Below are positions 1 through 11,878 of a stretch of DNA of 64,000 nucleotides, piece by piece (position 1 is the stretch's first letter; every line of letters starts with the position of its first letter). The notes beneath the pieces were generated by a model that saw only the letters and a program-made list of their open reading frames with translations, did no database searches and was not told where the DNA came from. The stretch spans positions 64,019-128,018 of the forward strand of contig CAYNAR010000001.1 in NCBI GenBank assembly GCA_964395625.1. The letters run 5' to 3'. The position numbers were made by a program, and so were the translations under genes. This DNA comes from an uncultured Gammaproteobacteria bacterium. Lineage in GTDB: Bacteria > Patescibacteriota > Patescibacteriia > Patescibacteriales > WJLG01.

Positions 1-1436
1 TCGGTCGTGTGCGTTCTGTCGGCGATGGCATCGCTCGTTTATCTGGTCTTTCCGACGCGATGATGTCGGAGATGCTGGAGTTCAAGACTTCCGCCGGCTC
101 TCGCTATGGTGTGGCTTTGAATTTGGAGGAGGATGGTGTCGGCGCCATAGTTCTCGACGATTGCCAAGATATTAAGGAGGGTGATGAGGTCGTTTCGACC
201 GGCAAGATTTTGGAGGTGCCGGTTTCCGAAAAGATCGTCGGTCGTGTATTGAACGCTTTGGGTAAACCGCTGGATGGTCGCGAACCGATCAAGGCCGACA
301 AATATTATCCGGTGGAGAAGGTCGCTCCAGGCGTCATTACGCGCGAATCGGTGAAGAAGCCTTTGCAGACAGGTATCAAGGCTATCGATGCCATGATTCC
401 GATCGGGCGCGGACAGCGCGAGCTGATCATCGGTGATCGTCAGATCGGCAAGACCGCCATCGCCATCGACACTATAATCAATCAAAAGAACGAGAAGGTT
501 AAATGTATATATGTGGCCATCGGCCAGAAAGAATCTAAAATTGCCAGTTTGGTCGCCAAATTGAAAGAGGCCGGCGCTATGGATTATACGACAGTGATCG
601 TTGCCGGTGCTTCTGACCCAGCCTCTCTTTTGTATCTTGCTCCGTATGCCGGTTGTGCCATGGCCGAATATTTCTTGGATAAAGGTGAGGACGTTTTAAT
701 AGTCTACGATGATTTGACTAAACACGCCGCCGCTTATCGTGAAGTTTCCTTACTGCTTCGAAGACCTCCCGGTCGCGAAGCCTATCCTGGTGATGTCTTT
801 TATCTCCATTCTCGTTTATTGGAACGCGCCTGTAAATTGAATAAAGATTTCGGTGGCGGTTCGATCACCGCCTTGCCGATCATTGAGACGCAGGCCGGTG
901 ATGTGTCGGCCTATATTCCGACCAACGTCATCTCCATAACCGATGGCCAAATCTATTTGGAGCCGGATTTATTCTATCAGGGTAATCGTCCAGCTGTGAA
1001 CGCCGGCATCTCGGTTTCTCGCGTCGGTTCTTCCGCGCAGATTAAGGCGATGAAAAAAGTCGCCGGAAAGATGCGTCTGGAAGTCGCCCAGTTTCGCGAG
1101 CTGGCTGCTTTTGCTCAATTCGGTTCCGACTTGGACGAAGATACTAGGAATAAACTGGAGCGTGGCAAGCGCATCGTGGAGGTTTTGAAACAAGGACAGT
1201 ATGTGCCGATGCCGGTCGAAGAGCAGGTCGCGGTCTTCTTTGCCGTCACCAATGGTTTTATGGATGATGTGGCCATCGAAAAGATAATAGAGTTCGAGGC
1301 GGGGATGTTGGAATATTTGAGAATGAAAGCCGTTGATGCCTTAAAAGAGATAAAATCTAGTGGAGAGTTGTCTGATGAGACTATTGTCAAATTAAAGAAT
1401 TCGATAGAGGAGTATGGAGAAACGGTTGTAAAATAA
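1..1436 (+). CDS. atpA: F1 ATP synthase alpha subunit (5' end outside window)
   Basis: Frame open from window edge; Walker A GDRQIGKT; [21 protein letters not shown] alpha signature; followed by atpG/atpD/atpC. Confidence 0.95.
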   Translation, partial: GRVRSVGDGIARLSGLSDAMMSEMLEFKTSAGSRYGVALNLEEDGVGAIVLDDCQDIKEGDEVVSTGKILEVPVSEKIVGRVLNALGKPLDGREPIKADKYYPVEKVAPGVITRESVKKPLQTGIKAIDAMIPIGRGQRELIIGDRQIGKTAIAIDTIINQKNEKVKCIYVAIGQKESKIASLVAKLKEAGAMDYTTVIVAGASDPASLLYLAPYAGCAMAEYFLDKGEDVLIVYDDLTKHAAAYREVSLLLRRPPGREAYPGDVFYLHSRLLERACKLNKDFGGGSITALPIIETQAGDVSAYIPTNVISITDGQIYLEPDLFYQGNRPAVNAGISVSRVGSSAQIKAMKKVAGKMRLEVAQFRELAAFAQFGSDLDEDTRNKLERGKRIVEVLKQGQYVPMPVEEQVAVFFAVTNGFMDDVAIEKIIEFEAGMLEYLRMKAVDALKEIKSSGELSDETIVKLKNSIEEYGETVVK

Positions 1437-1441
1437 AAAAA

Positions 1442-1460
1442 AGCAACCTTTTCGGTTGCT
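1442..1460. terminator. Bidirectional hairpin AGCAACC-TTTTC-GGTTGCT
   Basis: 7-bp stem; A-run upstream on + gives a T8 run on the minus strand, directly after the 3' end of minus ORF 1471-1752. Confidence 0.55.
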
Positions 1461-1470
1461 TTGGTATCCA

Positions 1471-1752
1471 TTAAAATGCAATAAGGGTTGTTATTATACT
1501 GACCATGGCTGTAATCGTAAAAACAACCATGGATATAAGGACTTTTTCTTGATTGTTATCTTTCTTTTTTATGTTACACAAAGAGAATGATGCAAGGAAT
1601 TTGCGAGTCGAAAAAAGAAGCATTCCTATTGAAAATAACATGACAACACCAATATCTATTTTAGCCAAGAGCTGTAATTTGTAATGCAGAAAGACGAAGA
1701 AATTCGCATAAATAATTAATAATAGACAGAAGGTAGTGTAGATAAAAGCCAT
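1471..1752 (-). CDS. Small hydrophobic (about 3 TM) protein, antisense between atpA and atpG
   Basis: 93-aa ORF with hydrophobic segments; terminator right after its stop; no homology recognised. Confidence 0.35.
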   Translation of the reverse strand: MAFIYTTFCLLLIIYANFFVFLHYKLQLLAKIDIGVVMLFSIGMLLFSTRKFLASFSLCNIKKKDNNQEKVLISMVVFTITAMVSIITTLIAF

Positions 1753-1821
1753 AAAACAACTCCTTGTTAAGAATATAAAGTACTGTTGATTGTGAAAGTA
1801 TAATTACATCTTTTTACATAA

Positions 1822-4244
<2,423 letters not shown>

Positions 4245-4263
4245 AGCATTAAGATTCAATAAC

Positions 4264-4554
4264 ATGAATAAGTCCATTAACTTCGAAATAGTCACCCCGG
4301 AAAAGACGGTCTTGAAGGAGGAGATCGTTGAAGTGACAATTCCGACAGAGTCGGGCGAGATAACCGTTCTCCCTAAACACGCCCCTTTAGTTTCCGTTTT
4401 AAAGTCCGGAGTTTTGTCTTTTAAAAAAGGGGATGGTTCCTCTTCCGTGGCTTTCGTTTCCGGCGGTTTCGTCGAGGTTTTGAATGACAAAGTAGTCGTT
4501 TTAGCCGACGTGGCCGATCGCGCCGAGGACTTGGATGAGGGTGTCGTTGAATAG
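4264..4554 (+). CDS. atpC: F1 ATP synthase epsilon subunit, N-terminal beta-sandwich part, closed by in-frame TAG
   Basis: NFEIVTPEKTVLKEEIVEVTIPTESGEITVLPKHAPLVSVLKSGVL is typical epsilon; ATG 4264 chosen over track start 4222. Confidence 0.85.
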   Translation: MNKSINFEIVTPEKTVLKEEIVEVTIPTESGEITVLPKHAPLVSVLKSGVLSFKKGDGSSSVAFVSGGFVEVLNDKVVVLADVADRAEDLDEGVVE

Positions 4555-4698
4555 GCGAGAATGCGCGCCGAGGAAGCGATGAAAGGTGTAAGACGTGAGG
4601 ATTCTAAAGAATTTGCCGAGTTGAGCGCCAGTTTGGAGAGGGAATTGGCTAAAAGTCGTACGATTAAAAAATGGAGGAATTTGAATAATAGAAAATAG
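4555..4698 (+). other. In-frame continuation after TAG, encoding an epsilon-like C-terminal helical region
   Basis: Same frame as atpC; 47 codons (ARMRAEEAMKGVRREDSKEFAELSASLERELAKSR...) then TAG 4696-4698; operon terminator follows. Confidence 0.6.
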
Positions 4699-4714
4699 GA
4701 AGATTGAAGATGTG

Positions 4715-4747
4715 AAGACTGCGGTTTGTATCCGCAGTCTTTTTTTG
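4715..4747 (+). terminator. Intrinsic terminator of atp operon
   Basis: AAGACTGCGG-TTTGTAT-CCGCAGTCTT followed by a T run. Confidence 0.85.
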
Positions 4748-4755
4748 TCGAATTA

Positions 4756-4784
4756 TTGACAAAAAATTAAAAATATGCTATCAT
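4756..4784 (+). promoter_or_regulatory. Sigma70-type promoter TTGACA-17-TGcTATCAT
   Basis: Consensus -35, 17-bp spacer, extended -10; about 50 bp upstream of CDS 4832. Confidence 0.6.
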
Positions 4785-4831
4785 TGATTAGACCGAAAAT
4801 TCTATAATTTTCAAATAAACAAGGAGAATCT

Positions 4832-5713
4832 ATGAGCATTCACGAATATTTTTCATTGCTTGGAAGAAATAAGCGAATAATAGCCATTATTATGGTGATT
4901 TTTTTGGGCGCTTCTGTTCTTCTTTCCGCTTCCCAGACTTTTAAGTATAGCGCTAGTGTGAAATTATTGACCATCAATACTTTTAACAACAGCGATCCTT
5001 ATACAGTATCCCGTTCTAACGAATATTTGGGCGGTCTTTTGGCGCAAATCGTCTCTTCCAATTCTTTTTTTGAAAAAGCTAAGAGCGTCAATTCCAGTGT
5101 CGACTTCACTTATTTCGGTGAGACCGATCGTCAGAAGATGAAGAAGTGGGGCAATGCTGTTAAGGCTAGAAGTCTTGGTGATAATGGCGTCATAGCCATC
5201 GAAGTCTATCATCCTGACAAGAGTCAAGCTATCGAGATTGCTCGTGCCGTGGCTTACGTTTTACAGACCGATAATGCTCAATATCATGGTTTTGGTGATA
5301 AGGTTCAGGTTAAAATAATCGATGAGCCTATTGCCTCCAATTATCCTGTTCGTCCGAATTTGTTTTTGAATTTTGGCTTGGCTTTATTTTTTGGCGCTAT
5401 TTTTTCTTTGAGCTATGTCTATCTTTTTCCGGAATCTTCCAGCGCTAGACGTAATGATGTTCAGCATACCAAGAAGAATAAAGTGGAATATGTGAAAGAG
5501 GAGGATGTGGCGGTAAAAAATTCTGCGGTGGAGAGCTTGTATCCGGAAATGTATGATCGCGGGACTTATGTCGAAGAAGATGTTGCGGAGCAGGAGATAG
5601 CTAGCAAAGAGTCGTCCGAAGTCGCCCCGAGCAAGAAAGAAGACTTCAAAGAATATAATGAAGAGTATGATCTTGAAGGTCAAGCCGATATGAGAAACGT
5701 CCTTGGTAGATAA
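4832..5713 (+). CDS. Wzz/CpsC-like polysaccharide chain-length determinant family protein
   Basis: RBS AAGGAG; N-terminal TM after RNKRIIAII; second TM near PVRPNLFLNFGLALFFG; acidic tail. Confidence 0.6.
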   Translation: MSIHEYFSLLGRNKRIIAIIMVIFLGASVLLSASQTFKYSASVKLLTINTFNNSDPYTVSRSNEYLGGLLAQIVSSNSFFEKAKSVNSSVDFTYFGETDRQKMKKWGNAVKARSLGDNGVIAIEVYHPDKSQAIEIARAVAYVLQTDNAQYHGFGDKVQVKIIDEPIASNYPVRPNLFLNFGLALFFGAIFSLSYVYLFPESSSARRNDVQHTKKNKVEYVKEEDVAVKNSAVESLYPEMYDRGTYVEEDVAEQEIASKESSEVAPSKKEDFKEYNEEYDLEGQADMRNVLGR

Positions 5714-5819
5714 ATTTGGATTTTGACATAGAGCCGTTTTAGAAACGGCTCGAGTGAGAGTCCAAAAGGATTCTTGTACTTTAAACTAGAAAATAAACTA
5801 TTAACAAAAGGAGACTTCC

Positions 5820-7622
5820 ATGAGAATGGCGGTTGCGTTTTTTTTAAGTATTTTTGTTTTCGCTGGCAGCGTTAATGCCAATTGGTTAGAAGAAATGTAT
5901 AATTCTGCAAAGAATAAGGTCTTTGGTGTTAAAGCACCGAAAGAAGACAGGGCCACCGTTTGTGAGCAAACTCCTCCTGTACCAGCACCCGTAGAGGAAA
6001 CTTGGTATATGGGCGATACCGTATTTCTTGATAAGTCGATGTTCCCAGTTGATGTCGTTAAGAGGTGTGCTGATTGTCAGTGTGGAAGTGAGATGATGTC
6101 TGTTAGAAAATTCTCCAAGTATAATGATGTGAATCCAACAGAACAGCTTCCTGCTGAAACATGGATTTATATCCCGACTTGCAGTGAGCTGGATGCCTTG
6201 CAGGTAAAAGCACTAAATGCAACGCCTGTTTTATCTTCAACTAAGAAAGGTCCATTTAAATGGGTCGTCGTAGGAGGAGATCCTTTCAATAACAGAGATT
6301 ATGTGAGAGGATTTAGAAAGGCAGGCGTCAGTGAAGAGGTTATTGAGAAGCTGAAAATCTTAGTTGATAACCGAGATTATATCACCTGGAATTTTAGAAA
6401 TGGTGATCGTGCCGAGTGGATGCTGTTTGGTGAGTATAATGTTGTTGGTGTGGGTAATAAATATAAAGGCTTTGAGTATGATGGAGTGGTCGCTGCTTTT
6501 AGGGATATGGTTCTTTTACCAGGACAGATTTATTGTGTTGAAGATAATGGTGTTTTACGCCGTTTCTTTCGTCCTGACATCTGCTTCAATTGGTGCGAGC
6601 TTCCGCCTGTGTCTATTCCACCAAAAGTGGAAAACCCACCTGTTTGGGAGCCACCGGTTGCCGAGCCTACGCCGATACCTGATTCTGTGCCTGAAGAGCC
6701 TCCATTTCCGCCAGCACCTCCAGCTCCTGATATTCCAGATATGGGTCCAAAAGTCTTTCTACGCTTGGATGTATGGCTATCGCACGATATGCCGACCTAT
6801 GGGATGTTTACTCGCTATGGTGCCAATTCTTATGGCACAAAGGGTGATATCCTGTGGAAAGTGAATCGTCATTTAATGCTTGGAGCGACAGCGACGATTG
6901 CCGGTTGGGATGGTGAATCAAGAACCGGTTTCTTTTATAACGGTTTTCAAGCATGTGCCGGTCCTCTTGGATTAATATCTTTTAATAACTATGTCCATTG
7001 GGGATTGGATGTCACTTCCGGAGGGGAATGGGACTGGGGCTGGGGGACCAAGGATTGGAAGTATAGATCTTTTCAATCCGGAGTTCCGCTACGGCTTGGT
7101 ACAACTCTTGATATTGTTGGCAAGAAACTACATTTCTCGTCATGGGGAGGTTATAAGTTCTCTTTTGCGGAAGCGAAGGAATCGAGTATTAATGGTGAGG
7201 TCTTAGATTCTCGTGATGATCAGCCGATTGATAAGGTCGGTGCCGATGGTGGCGCAAGATTGTATTTTTTGGTCGACAAGAAAGTAAATCCGCTGATAGT
7301 GTGGCGGGAGTCTTGGTCCAAGTTTGATGAGTGCCTGTCGACTACAGCCGGTCTTGGAATCAGGTTTTGGGATAGACACGCAGTATTTGAAATCTCTTAT
7401 AAAAACAGAGATAGGTCTATTTACGCCGAAACCAATGGTCATGCCATCGAAGCCCTTTTGAATCTTTCTTGGGGTTTTGGTCGCGGTAGACCGAAGATTA
7501 ATGTCGAAGATCAGACTAAGACGGCCAATACTAACAGCTCATGGTTCGACGAGGAAGATCCTTATGCCGATACTAAATCCTCAACAACAGGAGGCAGTCA
7601 TGCGGAGGATGATACCTGGTAG
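5820..7622 (+). CDS. Secreted protein with Pro-rich linker and W/G/Y-rich beta-rich C-terminal domain
   Basis: RBS AAGGAG; signal peptide MRMAVAFFLSIFVFAGSVNA; PPVSIPPKVENPPVWEPPVAEPTPIP linker. Confidence 0.7.
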   Translation: MRMAVAFFLSIFVFAGSVNANWLEEMYNSAKNKVFGVKAPKEDRATVCEQTPPVPAPVEETWYMGDTVFLDKSMFPVDVVKRCADCQCGSEMMSVRKFSKYNDVNPTEQLPAETWIYIPTCSELDALQVKALNATPVLSSTKKGPFKWVVVGGDPFNNRDYVRGFRKAGVSEEVIEKLKILVDNRDYITWNFRNGDRAEWMLFGEYNVVGVGNKYKGFEYDGVVAAFRDMVLLPGQIYCVEDNGVLRRFFRPDICFNWCELPPVSIPPKVENPPVWEPPVAEPTPIPDSVPEEPPFPPAPPAPDIPDMGPKVFLRLDVWLSHDMPTYGMFTRYGANSYGTKGDILWKVNRHLMLGATATIAGWDGESRTGFFYNGFQACAGPLGLISFNNYVHWGLDVTSGGEWDWGWGTKDWKYRSFQSGVPLRLGTTLDIVGKKLHFSSWGGYKFSFAEAKESSINGEVLDSRDDQPIDKVGADGGARLYFLVDKKVNPLIVWRESWSKFDECLSTTAGLGIRFWDRHAVFEISYKNRDRSIYAETNGHAIEALLNLSWGFGRGRPKINVEDQTKTANTNSSWFDEEDPYADTKSSTTGGSHAEDDTW

Positions 7623-7968
7623 TAGTTTATTTCTAATACTCCTGTTTTCTCTATCTTTTTCTCAGGATAGCCTAAGTAGCGGAGATGCCTTACTTGAGGC
7701 CACTGAAAATTGCGGCATAAATGTCAGCGGTGATCAGTGGTTCTCACTGGCTCTTGTAAAGCTTTTAGCCGATTCTGTTATCAATGTCGGCAAAGAGAAT
7801 CAAGACGCGGAATTCGTTTTTATTCATCATGGGACAAAGAAGACGAAAGTCTCTTATAACGGCAAGACGAAGCGATTCGTCGTTACTAGGAACTATGTTC
7901 CGCCGCCCGTAAAAGGTAAAATGAGGGATCCGGCTACTGGAAAGATAGTGGAAGTAGAATGGGAGTGA
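7600..7968 (+). CDS. Secreted hypothetical protein
   Basis: RBS AGGAGG before ATG 7600 (track start 7477 is inside the upstream gene); signal peptide; terminator at about 7975-8015. Confidence 0.6.
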   Translation: MRRMIPGSSLFLILLFSLSFSQDSLSSGDALLEATENCGINVSGDQWFSLALVKLLADSVINVGKENQDAEFVFIHHGTKKTKVSYNGKTKRFVVTRNYVPPPVKGKMRDPATGKIVEVEWE

Positions 7969-8197
7969 ATTGAAGGTGCTTGGCTTGGCGAAAAAGCCAA
8001 GTCAAGCACCATTTTTATCTTTCATTGACAATAAGTTGAAAATATGCTAAGGTATGGATTGCTTTGATATAAAAAGGCTTTGAAATTGGATAATTTAAGA
8101 AAATATCATTTTCTCAAGTTACGCACTTTCAAAACTTGGCAAAGCGTAAGAAGTGTTTTCAACAATCAATCATAAACTTTTTCGAAGGGAGCTTCAA

Positions 8198-8719
8198 ATG
8201 ATGAAGCGTTTTTCTATCTTTTTTGCACTTGTTGCAATGTTGTCTTCTTCAGTTTTCTCGCAGACGGACTGGGGATGGGGTACGAGCGAATTTCAGCCTT
8301 CTGTCAGTACGAACGGTCTTAAAATCGTTCTTCCCATTTCTGCATGGCAATTAACCAATGCGCCGACTGACACAAAGGATCCAAAAATGCAGTCAAAGCG
8401 TTTTCCGGCCAATGCCAAAATTACGGTAAGTATATATTATGCTTACACCGATGGCGGAAAAACGATCAATGCTGAAAAGCACATCAAGGGCGATATCGAC
8501 TGGGCAAGTCATTCTGTCACAGTTGTGGCAGACATGAATTTACCATCCGCTGGTTCCTTCACTGTAGTCGGGAAAGTTCCTGGTTATAATAAGTCGGAAG
8601 GCGAATCAGTTTTCATTAAGCAGGACGATCCTTATGCCGCTAAAGATGCGGGCGGAAATCCTGTTTACAGGTTTTTTGGAGATTTTCAAAGTTATCGCGT
8701 TGCCAAGTACAAAGGCTAA
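8198..8719 (+). CDS. Secreted hypothetical protein
   Basis: RBS GGGAG; MMKRFSIFFALVAMLSSSVFS signal peptide; terminator hairpin CCCGGAATAA..TTATTCCGGG downstream. Confidence 0.65.
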   Translation: MMKRFSIFFALVAMLSSSVFSQTDWGWGTSEFQPSVSTNGLKIVLPISAWQLTNAPTDTKDPKMQSKRFPANAKITVSIYYAYTDGGKTINAEKHIKGDIDWASHSVTVVADMNLPSAGSFTVVGKVPGYNKSEGESVFIKQDDPYAAKDAGGNPVYRFFGDFQSYRVAKYKG

Positions 8720-8839
8720 GTTTTAATAAGGTTAAACCTTGATAAGACGAGGTCAGCCCCGGAATAAGAAATTATTCCGGGTTTTTTTATACAAAAAAAC
8801 ATGGCTTTCACCATGTTTTTATCCTATGTCGTATGTTTT

Positions 8840-10168
8840 TTATGCTTTCTTCGCCAGTAGTCCGCCGACCAAGGCCCAGAGCGCCCACTGCAGGGCTGTA
8901 TTGGCTAGAATGTTATCCCCTAAACTGATGATGGCGAAACCGGACAACATGGCCAAACAAGCGAAGGTCAAAGATTTCAATCTTGGACGTAATTGTTGGC
9001 GATAGAGGTCGAAGATGGATTTTAGTAGCCAGAAAATCAATGAGCAATAGGCTAGTAGGCCAATGACACCGGCCTCTAACATGACTCTCAAATAGTCGTT
9101 GTGAGCGTCGGAGGAGCCGGCTTCCGGACCACGCTTCTTTAGTATCAACTCCTTGGACGTTCCGGCTCCATAGCCGGTCACCGGTTTATAAGTCGCGTAG
9201 GAAAAGCCGTCTTTCCATAATCCGATGCGCCAGTTTATCGAGCTTCCCGGGTCGCGCGAAGTGAAAGCGTATATTCTTTGATTTATGGCTTGGACCGAGA
9301 AGAAACTAATAGTGATGGCCGTCAAGGAGACGACTAAGAAGAGACGATAACGGCTCACGCCGAGAAGTAGGACGACCAACAACAATCCTAGCCAAGCGCT
9401 ACGCGTGTAAGTGAAGCCGAGGGTGATCAAGAAGACCATGGCGAGAATGCCGAAGATCACTATGGACACTTTCTTCTTGTCGCTGGACAGGAATATCAAG
9501 AAGCAAAGCGTGATAGCCATCAAAAGATAGAAGGCTAGGAGATTGGGGTGGGCGAAGGTACCGTAGACGCGGTTGTAGACGCCTTCCAATGGAATGGTCA
9601 GTCCGGTCTTGGTGAAATATTGCCAGATGGCCAATATCGATGGTACCACTGCCGAGACGATCAGGACTTTAATCAGTTTAGATAGGTCTTTGTTAGTCTC
9701 CGTCAACGTGAAGGCGGCCAGGAATATCAAGAAGATACTGACGAGGCGCATCACTTCTTCCAGTGTCGACGCCGTATTGATCGAGAAGGGCCAACTGACG
9801 GCCATCGCGACTATGAAGGCTAGCCAAGCGCCGATCAACGCGTTCATCTTGAGTTTGTTCCGATGTTGTACCAGAACAGATATGGAGAAAAGGATCGTCA
9901 ACCCGGCGAAGACTCCGGCCGGATTTATTTCCAGTCCTATGACGTTGAGATTATTTTTGGTAAAATAGTCTAAGCAGGGTCTTACCAGTAGAATCAGTAA
10001 TAGTCCGGTGCGCGGTTTTAAGAAGGCTACCAAGAAAAGAGAATAAAAAACGGCGGCCGTCATCGACAGCGTGAAGTTTTCTCCAAAAAGTAGTAGAATA
10101 GAAAATAGGAGTAGCGATGGCAATATCAGTATGACGAATAATTTTCTATTCCTGTTAATAATAGACAT
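8840..10168 (-). CDS. O-antigen ligase/polymerase-like (Wzy_C family) membrane protein
   Basis: Polytopic; YTRSAWLGLL and DAHNDYLRVMLEAGVIGLLAY motifs typical of the O-antigen ligase family. Confidence 0.75.
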   Translation of the reverse strand: MSIINRNRKLFVILILPSLLLFSILLLFGENFTLSMTAAVFYSLFLVAFLKPRTGLLLILLVRPCLDYFTKNNLNVIGLEINPAGVFAGLTILFSISVLVQHRNKLKMNALIGAWLAFIVAMAVSWPFSINTASTLEEVMRLVSIFLIFLAAFTLTETNKDLSKLIKVLIVSAVVPSILAIWQYFTKTGLTIPLEGVYNRVYGTFAHPNLLAFYLLMAITLCFLIFLSSDKKKVSIVIFGILAMVFLITLGFTYTRSAWLGLLLVVLLLGVSRYRLFLVVSLTAITISFFSVQAINQRIYAFTSRDPGSSINWRIGLWKDGFSYATYKPVTGYGAGTSKELILKKRGPEAGSSDAHNDYLRVMLEAGVIGLLAYCSLIFWLLKSIFDLYRQQLRPRLKSLTFACLAMLSGFAIISLGDNILANTALQWALWALVGGLLAKKA

Positions 10169-10190
10169 ATTTTAATCTTCCCATAATTAA

Positions 10191-11162
10191 ATGAAAAAAG
10201 CAACGATAAAAGATATCGTTTTGGCTGTCACATACCGATGTAATTCTCGTTGTCGGATGTGCAGTATATGGAAGATCAACGACCATAGCGACGAGATATC
10301 GCCGGATGTGTTGAAGAATTTACCCCTTGACCTAGAAACATTGAATCTTTCCGGCGGGGAGCCTTTTTTGCGCGCCGATTTGTCGGAGATGATTAAAATC
10401 GCCAAGAAGACTTGTCCGAACATCTCCATTACCATATCGTCCAATGGTTTTGCCACCGACTTGATAATTGAGAGGATGAAGGAGATTCTAAAAATAGATA
10501 GGAATATTTCGGTGGCTATTTCTATTGATGGCATTGGTGAGAAGCATAACGAGATTCGTGGCATACCTGGCGGGTTCGATCGCGCCATCAATACCGTCAA
10601 AAGACTTAAAGAGATGGGGGTTAAAAAATTGCGCCTAGCCTTTACTGCCGCTGATTATAATTTTCAGGAATTGCCGGCAGTATATCAATTGTCGCGCGAA
10701 CTCGGCGTAGAGATGACTTTGGCCGCCGTCCATTCTAGCGATAATTATTTCGGCCAAGAGAACCATATCGTAAAAAATGAGCAGATAGCTTCACAATTAG
10801 AGTGGTTAACTAGGAAAGAATTGTCGTCTTTGCGCCCGAAGAATTGGCTAAGGGCGTATTTCACCTATGGTCTGCAGTATTTTGTGGAAAAGGGGATGAG
10901 GATCCTGCCGGATTATTCCGGCGAGTTGAATTGCTTTATCGATCCGCGTGGCAATATCTATCCTTGTGACGTCTCGACTATCGTTATCGGTAATCTTAAA
11001 AAAGGTTTTGATTTGATTGATGAGAAAGATTATGTCTGCCAGCATAGCTGGATGATTTGCACGGCGCGACAGGCCATTAAAAAACACTGGAAAGAGGCGT
11101 TGTGGTGGGTGATCAAAAGAAAATTAGGCATAGAGTCGCATACAGTCTATCCAAAACAATGA
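10191..11162 (+). CDS. Radical SAM protein
   Basis: CNSRCRMC (CX3CX2C) near N-terminus; LSGGEPFL; ISIDG. Confidence 0.7.
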   Translation: MKKATIKDIVLAVTYRCNSRCRMCSIWKINDHSDEISPDVLKNLPLDLETLNLSGGEPFLRADLSEMIKIAKKTCPNISITISSNGFATDLIIERMKEILKIDRNISVAISIDGIGEKHNEIRGIPGGFDRAINTVKRLKEMGVKKLRLAFTAADYNFQELPAVYQLSRELGVEMTLAAVHSSDNYFGQENHIVKNEQIASQLEWLTRKELSSLRPKNWLRAYFTYGLQYFVEKGMRILPDYSGELNCFIDPRGNIYPCDVSTIVIGNLKKGFDLIDEKDYVCQHSWMICTARQAIKKHWKEALWWVIKRKLGIESHTVYPKQ

Positions 11163-11878
11163 GCAATATTTTATTGAAAATAAAAAAGGCCAACGATTTT
11201 CGGCCTTCTTGGTATTCCATATTCATCAATCCTTATTTTGTCGCCAGAAGGGGACTTTTTTTGCCGATAAGGGATTTCGCTTTTTCTTTCAGGAAGAAGA
11301 GGATTATCGACGTCGGTTGCGGTTCCCGTCCTTATGAGTCGCTTTTTTCCGGAAATGAATACATCGGTATCGATGTCGATGGCGGAGGGCATAAGAAGGA
11401 CGACAAGTTGCCGGATAGTTTCTTCGACGGTCTCAATATTCCTTTCGAGGATAAGTCTTTCGACGTGGCGATTTGTACGGAGGTTTTAGAGCATTCGCCC
11501 GAGCCGGAGAGATTGGTCGCCGATATCGCCAGAGTTTTAAAGCCTAAGGGTAAATTATACGTCAGTGTTCCGTTCGTCTGGTATGAGCACGAGGCGCCGT
11601 ACGATTTTAGGCGTTTCACCAGCTTCGGTTTTAAGAAGCTTTTAGAAGAGGAATTCGTCGTCGAAAGGATAGCCCCGACATCCGGAGTTTTCGGCACCGT
11701 CGGACAAATCATCTCGGCATTCATCATCGAGAATTTCAAGCCGAAGAATTCGATCACCTATCCTTTGGTTTCGGCCTTTGTTTGTGCGCCGATTATGATT
11801 TTTTTCTTGAGTTTGGATAAGATAGTCGGCCGTCGTTATCTACCGCTCGGTTGGACGGCGGTTTGTAAAAAGAAATGA
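11159..11878 (+). CDS. Class I SAM-dependent methyltransferase with C-terminal TM
   Basis: ATGA overlap with rSAM gene; IIDVGCGSRPYE motif I; FDVAICTEVLEH; LKPKGKLYVSVP. Confidence 0.8.
   Translation: MSNILLKIKKANDFRPSWYSIFINPYFVARRGLFLPIRDFAFSFRKKRIIDVGCGSRPYESLFSGNEYIGIDVDGGGHKKDDKLPDSFFDGLNIPFEDKSFDVAICTEVLEHSPEPERLVADIARVLKPKGKLYVSVPFVWYEHEAPYDFRRFTSFGFKKLLEEEFVVERIAPTSGVFGTVGQIISAFIIENFKPKNSITYPLVSAFVCAPIMIFFLSLDKIVGRRYLPLGWTAVCKKK

Noticed and set aside
4552-4554. Genome-wide TAG reassignment as the reason for the in-frame TAG in atpC
   Set aside because: TAG terminates many well-supported genes here and is followed by intergenic terminators or promoters. TGA and TAA are also used as stops, so the code is standard.
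6364-6864. Alternative-frame ORFs inside 5820-7622, and the many antisense ORFs inside atpA, atpD, ftsI, GT genes and others
   Set aside because: They are fully embedded in longer ORFs with strong homology or signal features and have low-complexity or odd composition. They are typical shadow ORFs.
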